Positions 1 through 11,003 of a stretch of DNA of 64,000 nucleotides are shown here, piece by piece (the first letter of the stretch is position 1; every line of letters starts with the position of its first letter). The stretch lies in contig JBEKYR010000010.1 of NCBI GenBank assembly GCA_049510745.1, positions 64,001-128,000 on the forward strand, read 5' to 3'. The notes under the pieces were generated by a model. That model ran no database searches and had not been told where the DNA came from. It saw only the letters and a program-made list of their open reading frames with translations. Position numbers and translations under genes: made by a program. This DNA is from Verrucomicrobiota bacterium (GTDB lineage Bacteria > Verrucomicrobiota > Verrucomicrobiia > Limisphaerales > Palsa-1400).

Positions 1-103
1 TTTTAATATTTTGGCGTTCACGCCGATTCGCCGATCCGCATAATGCCACGAGGACCAAGGCTGCCAGGCTTTGATACGTCCGATTCTTAACGTGTCTTTT
101 CAT
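1..103 (-). CDS. 5' part of a possible secreted protein running off the window edge
   Basis: ATG at 103, open to position 1: MKRHVKNRTYQSLAALVLVALCGSA... (basic N-terminus plus hydrophobic stretch); too short to be sure. Confidence 0.3.
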   Translation of the reverse strand, partial: MKRHVKNRTYQSLAALVLVALCGSANRRERQNIK

Positions 104-305
104 AGGGATTTTATGTGTTGTTTTCGGTTGATTCGTTTGCGGTTAACTCATTTGCAGTCGAGAACTTCTTGATGCTGTCCAAGGAGGAAAAATAACAACT
201 TGTTCCGCCGGGGCGACGGCTTCCGCAGTCAGCACCGGCCTTTTTGACGGGTTGGCGACGCCGCTTCAATTCGCATGACGAAAAGACGAATGCGGACATG
301 GGTTG

Positions 306-330
306 TAGTTTGTTTTCGGCGCGAATTATA
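306..330. promoter_or_regulatory. Possible ROK (NagC/XylR-type) operator
   Basis: TAGTTTGTTTTCGGCGCGAATTATA resembles ROK-family operators; lies between the ROK gene and the next minus-strand start. Confidence 0.3.
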
Positions 331-369
331 TCATGCCGAAAGGGGATGTCCAGAGTTTTTTTTAAGAAT

Positions 370-1593
370 TTAAACGCCAAACGGGGCGTCGAAATGCTTC
401 TGCAAGACCAGGGCGATTGTCCCCTGCAAGCGCGGCTGGGCTTCGGGGTCCGTGGGCAGAATGCGGGTATTGGCGTGGGTGAAACAGCGCGCCTGCACCA
501 CGCCGGTGACAATGGGGCCGACTCGGTTCCACGCCCGCGTGACTTCGCCCGCCACCAGCAGCACATCCGGTGCCAGCCCGGTGACAAGCATCGCAATGCC
601 GGCTCCCAAGTGACGGGCCATTTGGTCCAGCGCCCGCCCCGCCGTTTCATCGCCCTGTTCCGCCAGGCGCAAAACATCGCCAAACCGCGCACGGGCGGTG
701 TCGCTCTGGGAGCCGACTTCCCCTTTGCGAGCCGACGAGAATTCGGCGTAATAGCGCACGGCGGCGGCGTTGGAGGCCAGCACTTCCCAACACCCATAAT
801 TGCCGCAACGGCATCGCGGCCCCTCGCCTGTGAGCGAAACGTGTCCGAACTCGCCGGCGGCGCCGCTGGAGCCGCGCGCAAGCTGGCCGTTGACGATCAT
901 CCCGACCCCGATGCCATCCGAAACGGTGACCGTGACCAGGTTGGCAATCCCCTCGCCGTAACGCCCGGACCAGGCCTCGGCCAGGGCGCAGGCATTGGCG
1001 GCGTTTTCCAATTCCACGGCCAATCCCGTGGCCTGTTCCAGCGGGGTTTTCAAATCCACATCGTTCCAGCCCAGGTTGGGGGCGAAAATGAGCCGATGCG
1101 AGGAAGACTCAATGCGGCCGGGCAGACTGACGCCAATGCCCTCATACGATTTCTTCGGATAAGCGCGCATGAGGCCGATGACGCGGCGGCCCAGCCGGGC
1201 GATAAACTCGGCCGGATCGGCGTCGGTGGAAATCTGTTCCTGCGCCAGGAAACGGTTGTCCATGCTCGACACGGCCAGGGTCGTGATTTGAGGTTGGATA
1301 TCCACCCCGATGATGCCGGCCCGTTCGGAATTGAGATGCAGGAAGGTCGGTTTGCGGCCGCGCGGCAATTGGCCGACGGCGCCTTCCCTGACCCATTGCT
1401 GGGCAATCAACTGCTCGGTAATGGCGGAGACGGTGCTGCGTTGCATGCCCGAGCGCCGGGCCACGGCGGCGCGCGAGATGGGCTGGTGCCGGCGCACCAG
1501 ATTGAGCACAATGCGGCGGTTGATATCGCGGGCCGTTTCACTCCGGGCGACCCTGATATTGTTTAAATCTATTCTTCGCAGCTTGCTTTTCAC
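370..1593 (-). CDS. ROK family transcriptional regulator (NagC/XylR-like)
   Basis: N-terminal wHTH (ISRAAVARRSGMQRSTVSAIT), ENAANACALAE, GEFGH and CRCGNYGCWE zinc motif. Confidence 0.93.
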   Translation of the reverse strand: MKSKLRRIDLNNIRVARSETARDINRRIVLNLVRRHQPISRAAVARRSGMQRSTVSAITEQLIAQQWVREGAVGQLPRGRKPTFLHLNSERAGIIGVDIQPQITTLAVSSMDNRFLAQEQISTDADPAEFIARLGRRVIGLMRAYPKKSYEGIGVSLPGRIESSSHRLIFAPNLGWNDVDLKTPLEQATGLAVELENAANACALAEAWSGRYGEGIANLVTVTVSDGIGVGMIVNGQLARGSSGAAGEFGHVSLTGEGPRCRCGNYGCWEVLASNAAAVRYYAEFSSARKGEVGSQSDTARARFGDVLRLAEQGDETAGRALDQMARHLGAGIAMLVTGLAPDVLLVAGEVTRAWNRVGPIVTGVVQARCFTHANTRILPTDPEAQPRLQGTIALVLQKHFDAPFGV

Positions 1594-1601
1594 ACCATTT
1601 G

Positions 1602-1618
1602 TTAGTTATATTAACTAA
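1602..1618. promoter_or_regulatory. Palindromic operator, likely ROK autoregulation
   Basis: TTAGTTA-TAT-TAACTAA, a perfect 7-bp inverted repeat just upstream of the ROK GTG start at 1593. Confidence 0.5.
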
Positions 1619-1724
1619 TCCATTTGTTCCCTTTCGTCCAGCACAAACTGGCAATTACTTCATCTCTGCCGGCTCCCATTCGCTGCACCACTTGTCAAGT
1701 GTTTTGTTCCTTCGGAGAAGCGAC

Positions 1725-2162
1725 CTACTCAATCTTGCGATTGTAGGTCACGAGATAGAGCTGCGTGCCCGCAATGCTCTTGAACTCCGTGGGGCGTTTC
1801 GCGCCGGAAAGGTCGTAGCAGATGCGGAGCGTGTCGCCTTCGAGTTCGTAGATCGCAGGGAAAGTCTTGCCGCTGTTCGGTCCAGCCGTGCCGGTAATGG
1901 TCATACTCTTGGGCTTGGTGGCGGAATCGAGCGTGTAGGTGCCCCTGTCGGGATTTCCTCCGACGAAAACTTCATATTTTCCGTTGTTCAGCTTGAGGCT
2001 GATGCTCTTCAAGACAGCGTCAGTCATGGGCTGTCCGGCCAACTCGGCCTTGGCGGGTTTCCAATTTCCCTGAACTGCTTTGGCGTCGTCGTCGGGCGAG
2101 CCGGCAGCGAACGCGTTCAGTGAAGCGCCAACAGCGAGGCAGACGCAGAGAAGGTATTTCAT
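1725..2162 (-). CDS. TIGR03067 domain secreted protein
   Basis: Signal peptide, then VQGNW...AIYELEGDTLRICY...RPTEF, characteristic of this PVC domain. Confidence 0.85.
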   Translation of the reverse strand: MKYLLCVCLAVGASLNAFAAGSPDDDAKAVQGNWKPAKAELAGQPMTDAVLKSISLKLNNGKYEVFVGGNPDRGTYTLDSATKPKSMTITGTAGPNSGKTFPAIYELEGDTLRICYDLSGAKRPTEFKSIAGTQLYLVTYNRKIE

Positions 2163-2434
2163 AATGTCTGGAGTTGTGAATTATGGGACGCACACAAACG
2201 CCTGACGACTAATATACGAACCGCGGTTCATTTATTGAAACACAAAAAAACAGCCGCATCCATCCGATCCATCCGCATTTTCAAATCGGCTCTGACACCG
2301 TGCGGTCAATATGGCCGATCTGCGGCGAAAATCGAGCGTCTTCCATAATCGGTCAACAGCAGAGTAAAACGAGCAGAACCGGAAAGCGTCAAGGCTGGCC
2401 GAGGCCAGTGGATGCCCGCCACAAGGTGCGGAAC

Positions 2435-2465
2435 TTCATCCTTCTGCCTTCTTCCTTCCTCCTTG
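2435..2465. repeat. CTTC/GAAG-type short intergenic repeat
   Basis: TTCATCCTTCTGCCTTCTTCCTTCCTCCTTG; complementary GAAG-rich copies at 8961-8992 and 9355-9370. Confidence 0.45.
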
Positions 2466-2522
2466 CCCGTCACCGCTCCCCTCTTGCCTTCGCCTCAAGG
2501 CTCTCTACACTCGCCTGCGCTC

Positions 2523-4544
<2,022 letters not shown>

Positions 4545-4553
4545 GGCGCCGGG

Positions 4554-5288
4554 CTATCTACCTTCGCCGTTTTTGTTCAGGAGAAAATCGGGCGTCAGAT
4601 CGGCGGGTTTGGCCAGGTAGCGGAGATCGCCTTCGAACACGACCCGCTTTTTCTTGACTGTGAACTTGGTTTTCCCCGCCAGGGCCACAGCCCGGAGCGC
4701 GTCCCAGCCGTTCAAATCGAAGGCCGCCAGGCTGTGCCGGAAAAAGTGATAGGACTCATGCGTGCGCAGGCCCGGCGAAATATGGGTGTCCAGATCGAAG
4801 GCCAGGATCGGCTGCACAAAATCCCAGTCGCAATCGTTGAAGACGGCGTGTTTCTCGAACTTCTTTTTCTTGATCCGGTCCGCCGTGCGCTGGTCTTCCA
4901 CCGCCGCCTGCGGCTCCAGCGGGTCTTCCGCCGTGTGCAGGATCAGGAACGGCGGCCGCAGCGTGGCCTGGATGTGCGTCTGGTTGGTCAGGGCCGAGAC
5001 GGCGTCGAGCAGGGTCGGCGAGGCGTTGGTCAGCGCCGCGCGGGCGCGCCGGAAGAAATAGAACTCATCCGTCGCCCCCGGCATGAAGATGAGCGCCTGC
5101 ACCGCCGGGTTGCGCCGGAAGGAATCGAGCATGAGGCGCACGCAATTGTGCCGGTTCAATTCCGGGGCCTTCTCCGTCAGCGGCATTTTGGCGAATTCCT
5201 CCTGCCACGCCGGCTGCGCCGGCAGCGGCGCCGCCGCCAGGAGCAACGAGGCAACGGCCAGGCCGGAATGGAATCGCGGCGGCATCAT
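4554..5288 (-). CDS. Hypothetical secreted protein
   Basis: C-terminal part of ORF 4554..5957; MMPPRFHSGLAVASLLLAAAPLPA signal peptide begins right after the hscB-like stop. Confidence 0.7.
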   Translation of the reverse strand: MMPPRFHSGLAVASLLLAAAPLPAQPAWQEEFAKMPLTEKAPELNRHNCVRLMLDSFRRNPAVQALIFMPGATDEFYFFRRARAALTNASPTLLDAVSALTNQTHIQATLRPPFLILHTAEDPLEPQAAVEDQRTADRIKKKKFEKHAVFNDCDWDFVQPILAFDLDTHISPGLRTHESYHFFRHSLAAFDLNGWDALRAVALAGKTKFTVKKKRVVFEGDLRYLAKPADLTPDFLLNKNGEGR

Positions 5289-5290
5289 TA

Positions 5291-5908
5291 TCAAAACGAA
5301 AGTTGCGTGATCCGTTCCTGGAGTTGTTCGCTCCAGCGCGCCAGGTAGCTCAAGTCGCGCGCCATCTCCTCCAGCCGCCGCAAGGGCAGGGCGGAGGCGC
5401 GGGCGGGCGAGCCGGGGGGCGGCGCGGAGTTCCAGGCGGCGTTCATCTCCTTTAATTCTGCCAAAAGTTTCCCCTGCCGCAAATGGATTTCCTGTTGCAG
5501 CGCGCCCAGCTTTTCGGCCCAGGCCATCGCCGGCTCGAACCATTGCGCCTGCAACAGCGGTGACGGCGCTTTGGCCCTGGCCGCGACAATGCCGTCGGCT
5601 CCGCGGCAGAGAAGGCCGATTTCGACGAACAAATCCATCGTGTCGGGCGGGATGTCCTTGAGGTTGGCCGGCGGCGCGCCCAGTTCCAATTCCAGCAAAT
5701 GCAGCACGCGCGATTTGGCTTCGCGCAGGCAGTTGTAGGCGGCGTTCAACTCCGCGTAATGCCGCGTCGCCGCCGCCCGCTCCTCCCCGGTCGCGGTGTG
5801 GACGCGGTCGGGATGCGCCTGCGCGGAAAGTTCGAGGAAGCGGGCCTTGAGCGCGTCCAGATCGATCCACGGCTGGCGCGGCTGATCGAGCGCGGCGAAA
5901 GGGTCCAT
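5291..5908 (-). CDS. hscB: HscB-like J-domain co-chaperone
   Basis: J-domain HPD motif (AHPDR), LNAAYNCLRE, helical C-terminus; adjacent to an IscA gene. Confidence 0.72.
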   Translation of the reverse strand: MDPFAALDQPRQPWIDLDALKARFLELSAQAHPDRVHTATGEERAAATRHYAELNAAYNCLREAKSRVLHLLELELGAPPANLKDIPPDTMDLFVEIGLLCRGADGIVAARAKAPSPLLQAQWFEPAMAWAEKLGALQQEIHLRQGKLLAELKEMNAAWNSAPPPGSPARASALPLRRLEEMARDLSYLARWSEQLQERITQLSF

Positions 5909-5926
5909 GAAGGAGAGGCCGGGCGC

Positions 5927-6319
5927 TCAGGCGCTGAAACTTTCCCCGCACGAGCAACTGCTGGCCGCGTTGGGGTTCTTGACTTTGAAACCGCCGTCCT
6001 GCAAGGCATCCACGAAATCCAGTTCGCTCCCGGTGACATAGAGCGCGCTTTTCGGGTCCACCACCACCCGCACCCCGCTGCTCTCCACCAGAATGTCCCG
6101 GTTGGCCGGCTGGTCCTGCAAATCCATTTTATATTGCAGCCCGGAGCAGCCGCCCCCGACGACCGCCACGCGCAACACCCCGTTGGGCCGGCCCTGCCGT
6201 TGCAGGAGCGACGCCACCTTTTGCGCGGCGGCGGAAGTCACTTTGATGAGCCGCTCGTCTCCGACGCGAAAATTGGCGGGCGCGGGCGTCTCCGAAGCGG
6301 TTTGTCTGGCAGCAATCAT
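5927..6319 (-). CDS. iscA: HesB/IscA/ErpA Fe-S cluster assembly accessory protein
   Basis: GGGCSGLQY and NPNAASSCSCGESF motifs. Confidence 0.9.
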   Translation of the reverse strand: MIAARQTASETPAPANFRVGDERLIKVTSAAAQKVASLLQRQGRPNGVLRVAVVGGGCSGLQYKMDLQDQPANRDILVESSGVRVVVDPKSALYVTGSELDFVDALQDGGFKVKNPNAASSCSCGESFSA

Positions 6320-6447
6320 GGCGACTTCACAGTAGCCGCGGCGGCCGGAATCGGCAACGAGATTCGCTTGAATAAATCCGCCTGCCCGATAAAACTGGCC
6401 GGGCGTCATCCTGCGGCAAAAACAGCGGCGCGCCGCCGGCGAAGACC

Positions 6448-7776
6448 ATGAAAATCAACCAGCAAATCCGGCCAGCCGATTTGACGGGCAAAATCCGCCG
6501 GCTATGGGAGTTGTCCGCCGTCAAAATTCGCGCGCTGGACGCCGGCTACGATGTTGCCAAGGGTTCGCCGGTTTTCACCGTGCGCGGCCGTTACACGGCG
6601 CGCGGCTGGACGGAATGGACGCAAGGCTTTCAGGTGGGGGCGGCTCTTCTGCAATTCGATGCGACGGGCGAGGGGGAGTTTCTGGAAATGGGGCGAAGCC
6701 AGACGGTGCGCTGGATGGCGCCGCATGTCAGCCATTTTGGCGTGCATGATCACGGCTTCAACAACGTCAGCACCTATGGCAACCTCCTGCGCCTGATGAG
6801 CGAGGGCCGCCTGGCTGAGAATCCGTGGGAACGCGATTTCTACCGACTGGCCCTCAAGTTGAGCGGCGCGATCCAGGCGCGGCGCTGGACGGCGCTGCCG
6901 GAGGGCGGCGGCTTCATCTACTCGTTCAACGGGCCGCATTCGCTCTTTGTGGACACCCTTCGTTCGTTGCGCGCGCTGGCCCTGGGGCATCAACTGGGCC
7001 ACGTGTTGATGGAGGAGAACGACCGGCGGATATCGTTGCTTGACAGGCTTAAAGCCCACGCCACCGCCACCGCCGCTTATTGCGTCTGCTACGGCGAGGG
7101 GCGCGACGCCTACGACGTGCGCGGGCGCACGGCGCACGAGGCGATTTTCAACGCCAACGACGGCCATTTCCGCTGCCTCAATTCGCAGCAGGGTTATTCG
7201 CCCTTCAGCACCTGGACGCGCGGGCTGGCCTGGGCCATGTGCGGCTTCGCCGAGCAATTGGAATTCATGCGGGCCATCGGCGACGCCTCCCTCACGCCGT
7301 TGCTGCTCAAGGCGGCGCAAGCGACGTGCGACTTTTACCTCACGCACGCGGCCGCCGCCGACGGCATTCCATATTGGGACACCGGTGCGCCGCAGCTTTA
7401 CCGGCTGGGCGACTGGCAATCGCGCCCCGCCGATCCGTTCAACGCGCACGAACCGGTGGACAGCTCGGCGGCGGCCATCGCCGCGCAGGGGTTGCTGCGC
7501 CTGGGCCATTACCTCAAAAACAAACGCTATTGGCAGGCCGGCCTGACGCTGTTGGACGCGCTCTTCGACGAACCCTACCTCAGCACGGACCCAAAGCACC
7601 AGGGCCTGATTCTCCACAGCGTCTATCACCGTCCCAACAGCTGGGATTACATCCCCCGCGGCCAAAAAGTGCCGTGCGGCGAGTCCAGCATGTGGGGCGA
7701 TTACCACGCCCGCGAGGCCGCCCTTTATGTGCAGCGCATCGTCACTGCGGGCCGTTACCTGGCCTTTTTCTTATGA
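6448..7776 (+). CDS. Glycoside hydrolase family 88-like (unsaturated glucuronyl hydrolase)
   Basis: WTEWTQGF, HDHGF, QQGYSPFSTWTRGLAWA, DSSAAAIAA, WGDYH motifs. Confidence 0.82.
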   Translation: MKINQQIRPADLTGKIRRLWELSAVKIRALDAGYDVAKGSPVFTVRGRYTARGWTEWTQGFQVGAALLQFDATGEGEFLEMGRSQTVRWMAPHVSHFGVHDHGFNNVSTYGNLLRLMSEGRLAENPWERDFYRLALKLSGAIQARRWTALPEGGGFIYSFNGPHSLFVDTLRSLRALALGHQLGHVLMEENDRRISLLDRLKAHATATAAYCVCYGEGRDAYDVRGRTAHEAIFNANDGHFRCLNSQQGYSPFSTWTRGLAWAMCGFAEQLEFMRAIGDASLTPLLLKAAQATCDFYLTHAAAADGIPYWDTGAPQLYRLGDWQSRPADPFNAHEPVDSSAAAIAAQGLLRLGHYLKNKRYWQAGLTLLDALFDEPYLSTDPKHQGLILHSVYHRPNSWDYIPRGQKVPCGESSMWGDYHAREAALYVQRIVTAGRYLAFFL

Positions 7777-8570
7777 CCGCCGACCGCGCAAACGATCCGA
7801 AAAAACGCGTCGCGCTGGTGACGGGCGGCGCCCGCGGCATCGGCTTCGGCATCGCGCGGGCGCTGGCGCGGGAGGGTTTCGATTTGACTGTTTGCGGCGT
7901 GCGCGAAGGCGCGGCCGCCGAACCGGCCCTGGCCGTCTTGCGCCAATTGGGCGCCGCCGTGCTTTACGTCCAGGCGGACATCAGTGACAGCGCCGCGCGG
8001 CAACGGCTGGTGGAAGCGGCGCGGGAGAGATTTGGCCGCCTGCACCTGCTGGTCAACAACGCCGGTGTGGCGCCCAAAGTTCGGGCCGATATTCTGGAAG
8101 CGACCGAGGAGAGTTTCGAGTGGGTGCTGCGGGTCAATCTGCAAGGCCCTTACTTCCTGACGCAACGTTGCGCGCAATGGATGATCGCGCAGAAGAAGGC
8201 CGACCCAGCCTGGCAGGGCTGCATCGTTAACGTCTCGTCCATTTCCGCGACCGTCGCTTCCACCAACCGCGGGGACTATTGCGTCTCCAAAGCCGGGGTC
8301 GCGATGGCCACGCAATTGTGGGCGGCGCGCCTGGGCGAATTTGGCCTGCCCGTCTATGAAATCCGCCCCGGCCTCATTCAGACCGACATGACGGCCGCGA
8401 CGCAGGCCAAGTACGACAAACTGATAGCGGAGGGGTTGCTGGTGGAGCCGCGTTGGGGCGCGGCCGAAGACATCGGCAAAGCCGTGGCGATGCTGGCGCG
8501 CGGCGACCTGCCTTACGCCACCGGCCAGGTGCTCAACCTGGACGGCGGCCTGACCCTTCGCCGCCTGTAA
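7773..8570 (+). CDS. SDR family oxidoreductase (3-ketoacyl-ACP reductase-like, probably sugar-acid catabolism)
   Basis: TGGARGIG, NNAG, YCVSK catalytic motif; ATGA overlap with the GH88 gene. Confidence 0.9.
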   Translation: MTADRANDPKKRVALVTGGARGIGFGIARALAREGFDLTVCGVREGAAAEPALAVLRQLGAAVLYVQADISDSAARQRLVEAARERFGRLHLLVNNAGVAPKVRADILEATEESFEWVLRVNLQGPYFLTQRCAQWMIAQKKADPAWQGCIVNVSSISATVASTNRGDYCVSKAGVAMATQLWAARLGEFGLPVYEIRPGLIQTDMTAATQAKYDKLIAEGLLVEPRWGAAEDIGKAVAMLARGDLPYATGQVLNLDGGLTLRRL

Positions 8571-8761
8571 ACGGCGGAAATCCCGGGTCATTTTCCCCGG
8601 TCAATTGGGGCCTGCTCGCCGGCGGCCCCGACGTCAGGGCGAATTTTGCCAAAAAAAGGCCCTGAAAAAATTCCACTTTTTTTCCTTCCGTAGGTTTTTC
8701 GACTTTACCGGGTTGTGCTCAAATTGCGTCCGCGATGAAACGCAACGCAGACATGATAAAT

Positions 8762-8983
8762 ATGAAAACGAGCCGAATCCTTCCGGTTGCCGCCGCCGCC
8801 TTGCTCGCGGCCGGCTGCAAAAACCCCGTCAACCTCTCCGGCTCCTACGCCACCCCGGCGCAGGACATCACCGGGTCCGTCAGCGTCACGACCAACAGCG
8901 TGACGGTGGGGGGCACTTGCGCGAAGACCAATGAAACCGTCGGCGGCAGTGTCACCGTCGGGAAGGAAGAAGGAAGAAGGTAG
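8762..8983 (+). CDS. Small lipoprotein
   Basis: MKTSRILPVAAAALLAAGC lipobox, then a beta-rich S/T/V/G mature part. Confidence 0.7.
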   Translation: MKTSRILPVAAAALLAAGCKNPVNLSGSYATPAQDITGSVSVTTNSVTVGGTCAKTNETVGGSVTVGKEEGRR

Positions 8984-8987
8984 AATT

Positions 8988-9350
8988 ATGAAACTCACCT
9001 CCATCCTGGCCTTTCTCCTTCTGACTTCAGCCTTCGTCCTTTCTCCCGGTTGCGCTTGTCCGCGGCGCAAGGCGGAAACGACGCGCTCGGTGGAATGGTT
9101 CACGGGCCGCGATGACGGCTTGGTGCGGCGCGAGACCTGGCGCGACGCGGAGGGCGGCGGGGGACTGTTCCTGTTCACCGATCCGGCGGTGCAACAAATG
9201 TTCGCGCTGCACACCAACCAGACGGCGTTGGGAGGCGGAAGCCTCTTCAGCGCCGGCACGGCCACAATCACAGTCGATACCAACACCGCCGCCGTGGTCG
9301 GCGCCACGGGGACGGCCGCCGGCAACGTCATCGGCGCGGCGATGAAATAA
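8988..9350 (+). CDS. Putative lipoprotein / membrane protein
   Basis: MKLTSILAFLLLTSAFVLSPGC signal plus Cys; C-terminal glycine-zipper-like GATGTAAGNVIGAA. Confidence 0.65.
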   Translation: MKLTSILAFLLLTSAFVLSPGCACPRRKAETTRSVEWFTGRDDGLVRRETWRDAEGGGGLFLFTDPAVQQMFALHTNQTALGGGSLFSAGTATITVDTNTAAVVGATGTAAGNVIGAAMK

Positions 9351-9435
9351 AGCATGAAGGAAGAAGGAAAAAATCAATCAGCGGCCTCGCGGCCGGAACA
9401 CTCATGATTCTTGTTTCATCCATCTTGCTTTTCCC

Positions 9436-10287
9436 ATGAATCCGCCCGTGCCAAACATATTCGATCCCGCCAACGCCGCCCTGCTGGCGCGGATCAGCGC
9501 CGCGACGTACCAGGCCCAGTTCGAGAGGGAACGGTGGAACGCGGAAGTGGTCGAAGCACCCGACACCGAAACGCGCGTCATTATCCTGAGCGATGAGGCC
9601 GATGAGATCGTCGCTTTCCGGGGCACACGGAACATCCACAACTGGCTCATGGACCTGGAGTGCGAGTTGGCGGACGATCCGCCGGGCCGAATCCATCACG
9701 GCTTCCAAAGGGCGCTCGACTCGATTGAAGGCGAATTAGTCCGCGCGCTTGAGAACTTGAAATCGCGCCGGGTCTGGATGGCGGGCCACAGCCTGGGGGG
9801 CGCGCTGGCTGTGCTCTGCGCCCGCCGGCTGTTGCCCTTGAATTTGGCGGGTGTTTACACGTTCGGCCAACCTCGCGTTGGCGACTCCCCGTTCGCTCAA
9901 TTCTACAATTCACAACTCAAACCGCTGACTTGGCGAGTGGTTTACGCCGATGACATTGTGCCGCGCATCCCTTGGATGCCGGGTGGCTACCGTCACGCCG
10001 GCCACGAAGTTTTCTACCCGGCAGGGCGGCGCTCCCGCGGAGCCGGCCCGGCCGGAGCCGCACCCTACCAGATTGACCCGCCGTTGTGGCAAAAGCTCCC
10101 CAGCGATTTGCGCGGCCTGGCCCGCGAAGCCTGGCGCGGCAAACTGGCCCTGCTCAACGACCACCACATCGACAACTACGTCAAACTTTTTCCTAATCTT
10201 AATCCTTCTCCCAATCTTAATCTCCCCCCGGACGATTCTGAGGGCGGGAGGGGGATTAAGATCAGGATTACGATGAGGAGCCGATAA
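9436..10287 (+). CDS. Class 3 lipase
   Basis: VAFRGT, IHHGF, GHSLGG nucleophile elbow, YTFGQPRVG, DIVPRIP, DHHIDNY. Confidence 0.9.
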   Translation: MNPPVPNIFDPANAALLARISAATYQAQFERERWNAEVVEAPDTETRVIILSDEADEIVAFRGTRNIHNWLMDLECELADDPPGRIHHGFQRALDSIEGELVRALENLKSRRVWMAGHSLGGALAVLCARRLLPLNLAGVYTFGQPRVGDSPFAQFYNSQLKPLTWRVVYADDIVPRIPWMPGGYRHAGHEVFYPAGRRSRGAGPAGAAPYQIDPPLWQKLPSDLRGLAREAWRGKLALLNDHHIDNYVKLFPNLNPSPNLNLPPDDSEGGRGIKIRITMRSR

Positions 10288-10302
10288 AAACCCTTTCTTG
10301 AT

Positions 10303-10734
10303 ATGATGCTCAGCGAGATTTCCTCCGCCGATTTGGGCACCTGGATGTACGCCCTTGGCTCTGTCATCCAGATCGCCGCCACCGTCACCATCCTGGTCAC
10401 TATCAACTCCAAGCAAAAGCGCGAGGTTTCGTTCGCGGGCCAGGCGGTGGACCAGAAGGAATTCGACCGGCTGGTGGCGGAAAACGCGGCGGTCCACGAC
10501 CAGTTGTTCGCCAAGATCGGAGGGGTGGAAAGGGGCGTGGACAGCCGCCTGGCGGTGCGCCTGGACAAGTTCGAGGCCGAAGCCCATGAGTCGCGCCGCC
10601 TCATGCACCAAAACATCAGCGCCATCGGCAACGACGTGGCGGCGTTGAAGAAGGAAGCCGAGCTGGCCAACCAGCGGGCCTTCCAGATGGACGCAAAAAT
10701 CGACCGCCTGATTGAACGAGAAAGACTAGCATGA
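10303..10734 (+). CDS. Single-TM coiled-coil phage protein (Mu gp25/DUF2730-like position)
   Basis: N-terminal TM (WMYALGSVIQIAATVTILVTI) and coiled coil ending KIDRLIE; coupled to the next gene by ATGA. Confidence 0.6.
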   Translation: MMLSEISSADLGTWMYALGSVIQIAATVTILVTINSKQKREVSFAGQAVDQKEFDRLVAENAAVHDQLFAKIGGVERGVDSRLAVRLDKFEAEAHESRRLMHQNISAIGNDVAALKKEAELANQRAFQMDAKIDRLIERERLA

Positions 10735-11003
10735 TAACCGAGAACCAACTCGAGCTGTTTCGCGACGCGCTCTTGCGCGCCCTCAAAGCCGCCGGCTCGA
10801 CCGGCTTAAGTGTATCCACCCTGGAAATCGCGCTGCGCGCCTCCGGCTTCCGCCATTTCAACACGCAGGAACTGGAGGGGCAACTGCAATACTTTGGGGA
10901 CAAAGACTTCGCCGCCGAAGTGCCGAAATCGCACAGCGTGTCAAACAAACGCTGGCGGATCACCGCCGCTGGCATCGACGACCTGGAAGGGAGGGGGATG
11001 TGA
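10731..11003 (+). CDS. Winged-helix protein (Mu gp26-like)
   Basis: 90 aa: RDALLRAL...QLQYFGDKDF...WRITAAGIDDL; position before TerS/TerL. Confidence 0.6.
   Translation: MITENQLELFRDALLRALKAAGSTGLSVSTLEIALRASGFRHFNTQELEGQLQYFGDKDFAAEVPKSHSVSNKRWRITAAGIDDLEGRGM

Noticed and set aside
244..1566. 440-aa plus-strand ORF and similar long antisense ORFs (2532..4124, 14251..15846, 18899..20293, 28253..29788, 40422..42737)
   Set aside because: Shadows of well-supported genes on the opposite strand, expected with GC-rich codon usage; no recognisable motifs
2190..2240. GCCTGAC...-type sequence upstream of the TIGR03067 gene as an integron attC
   Set aside because: No matching partner box or paired stem recognisable on either side of the gene
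4554..5957. Apparent long ORFs or fusions (4554..5957, 7080..8570, 15734..17476, 17331..18572, 36647..37936)
   Set aside because: The upstream parts overlap other genes in another frame or strand; internal starts explain them without frameshifting
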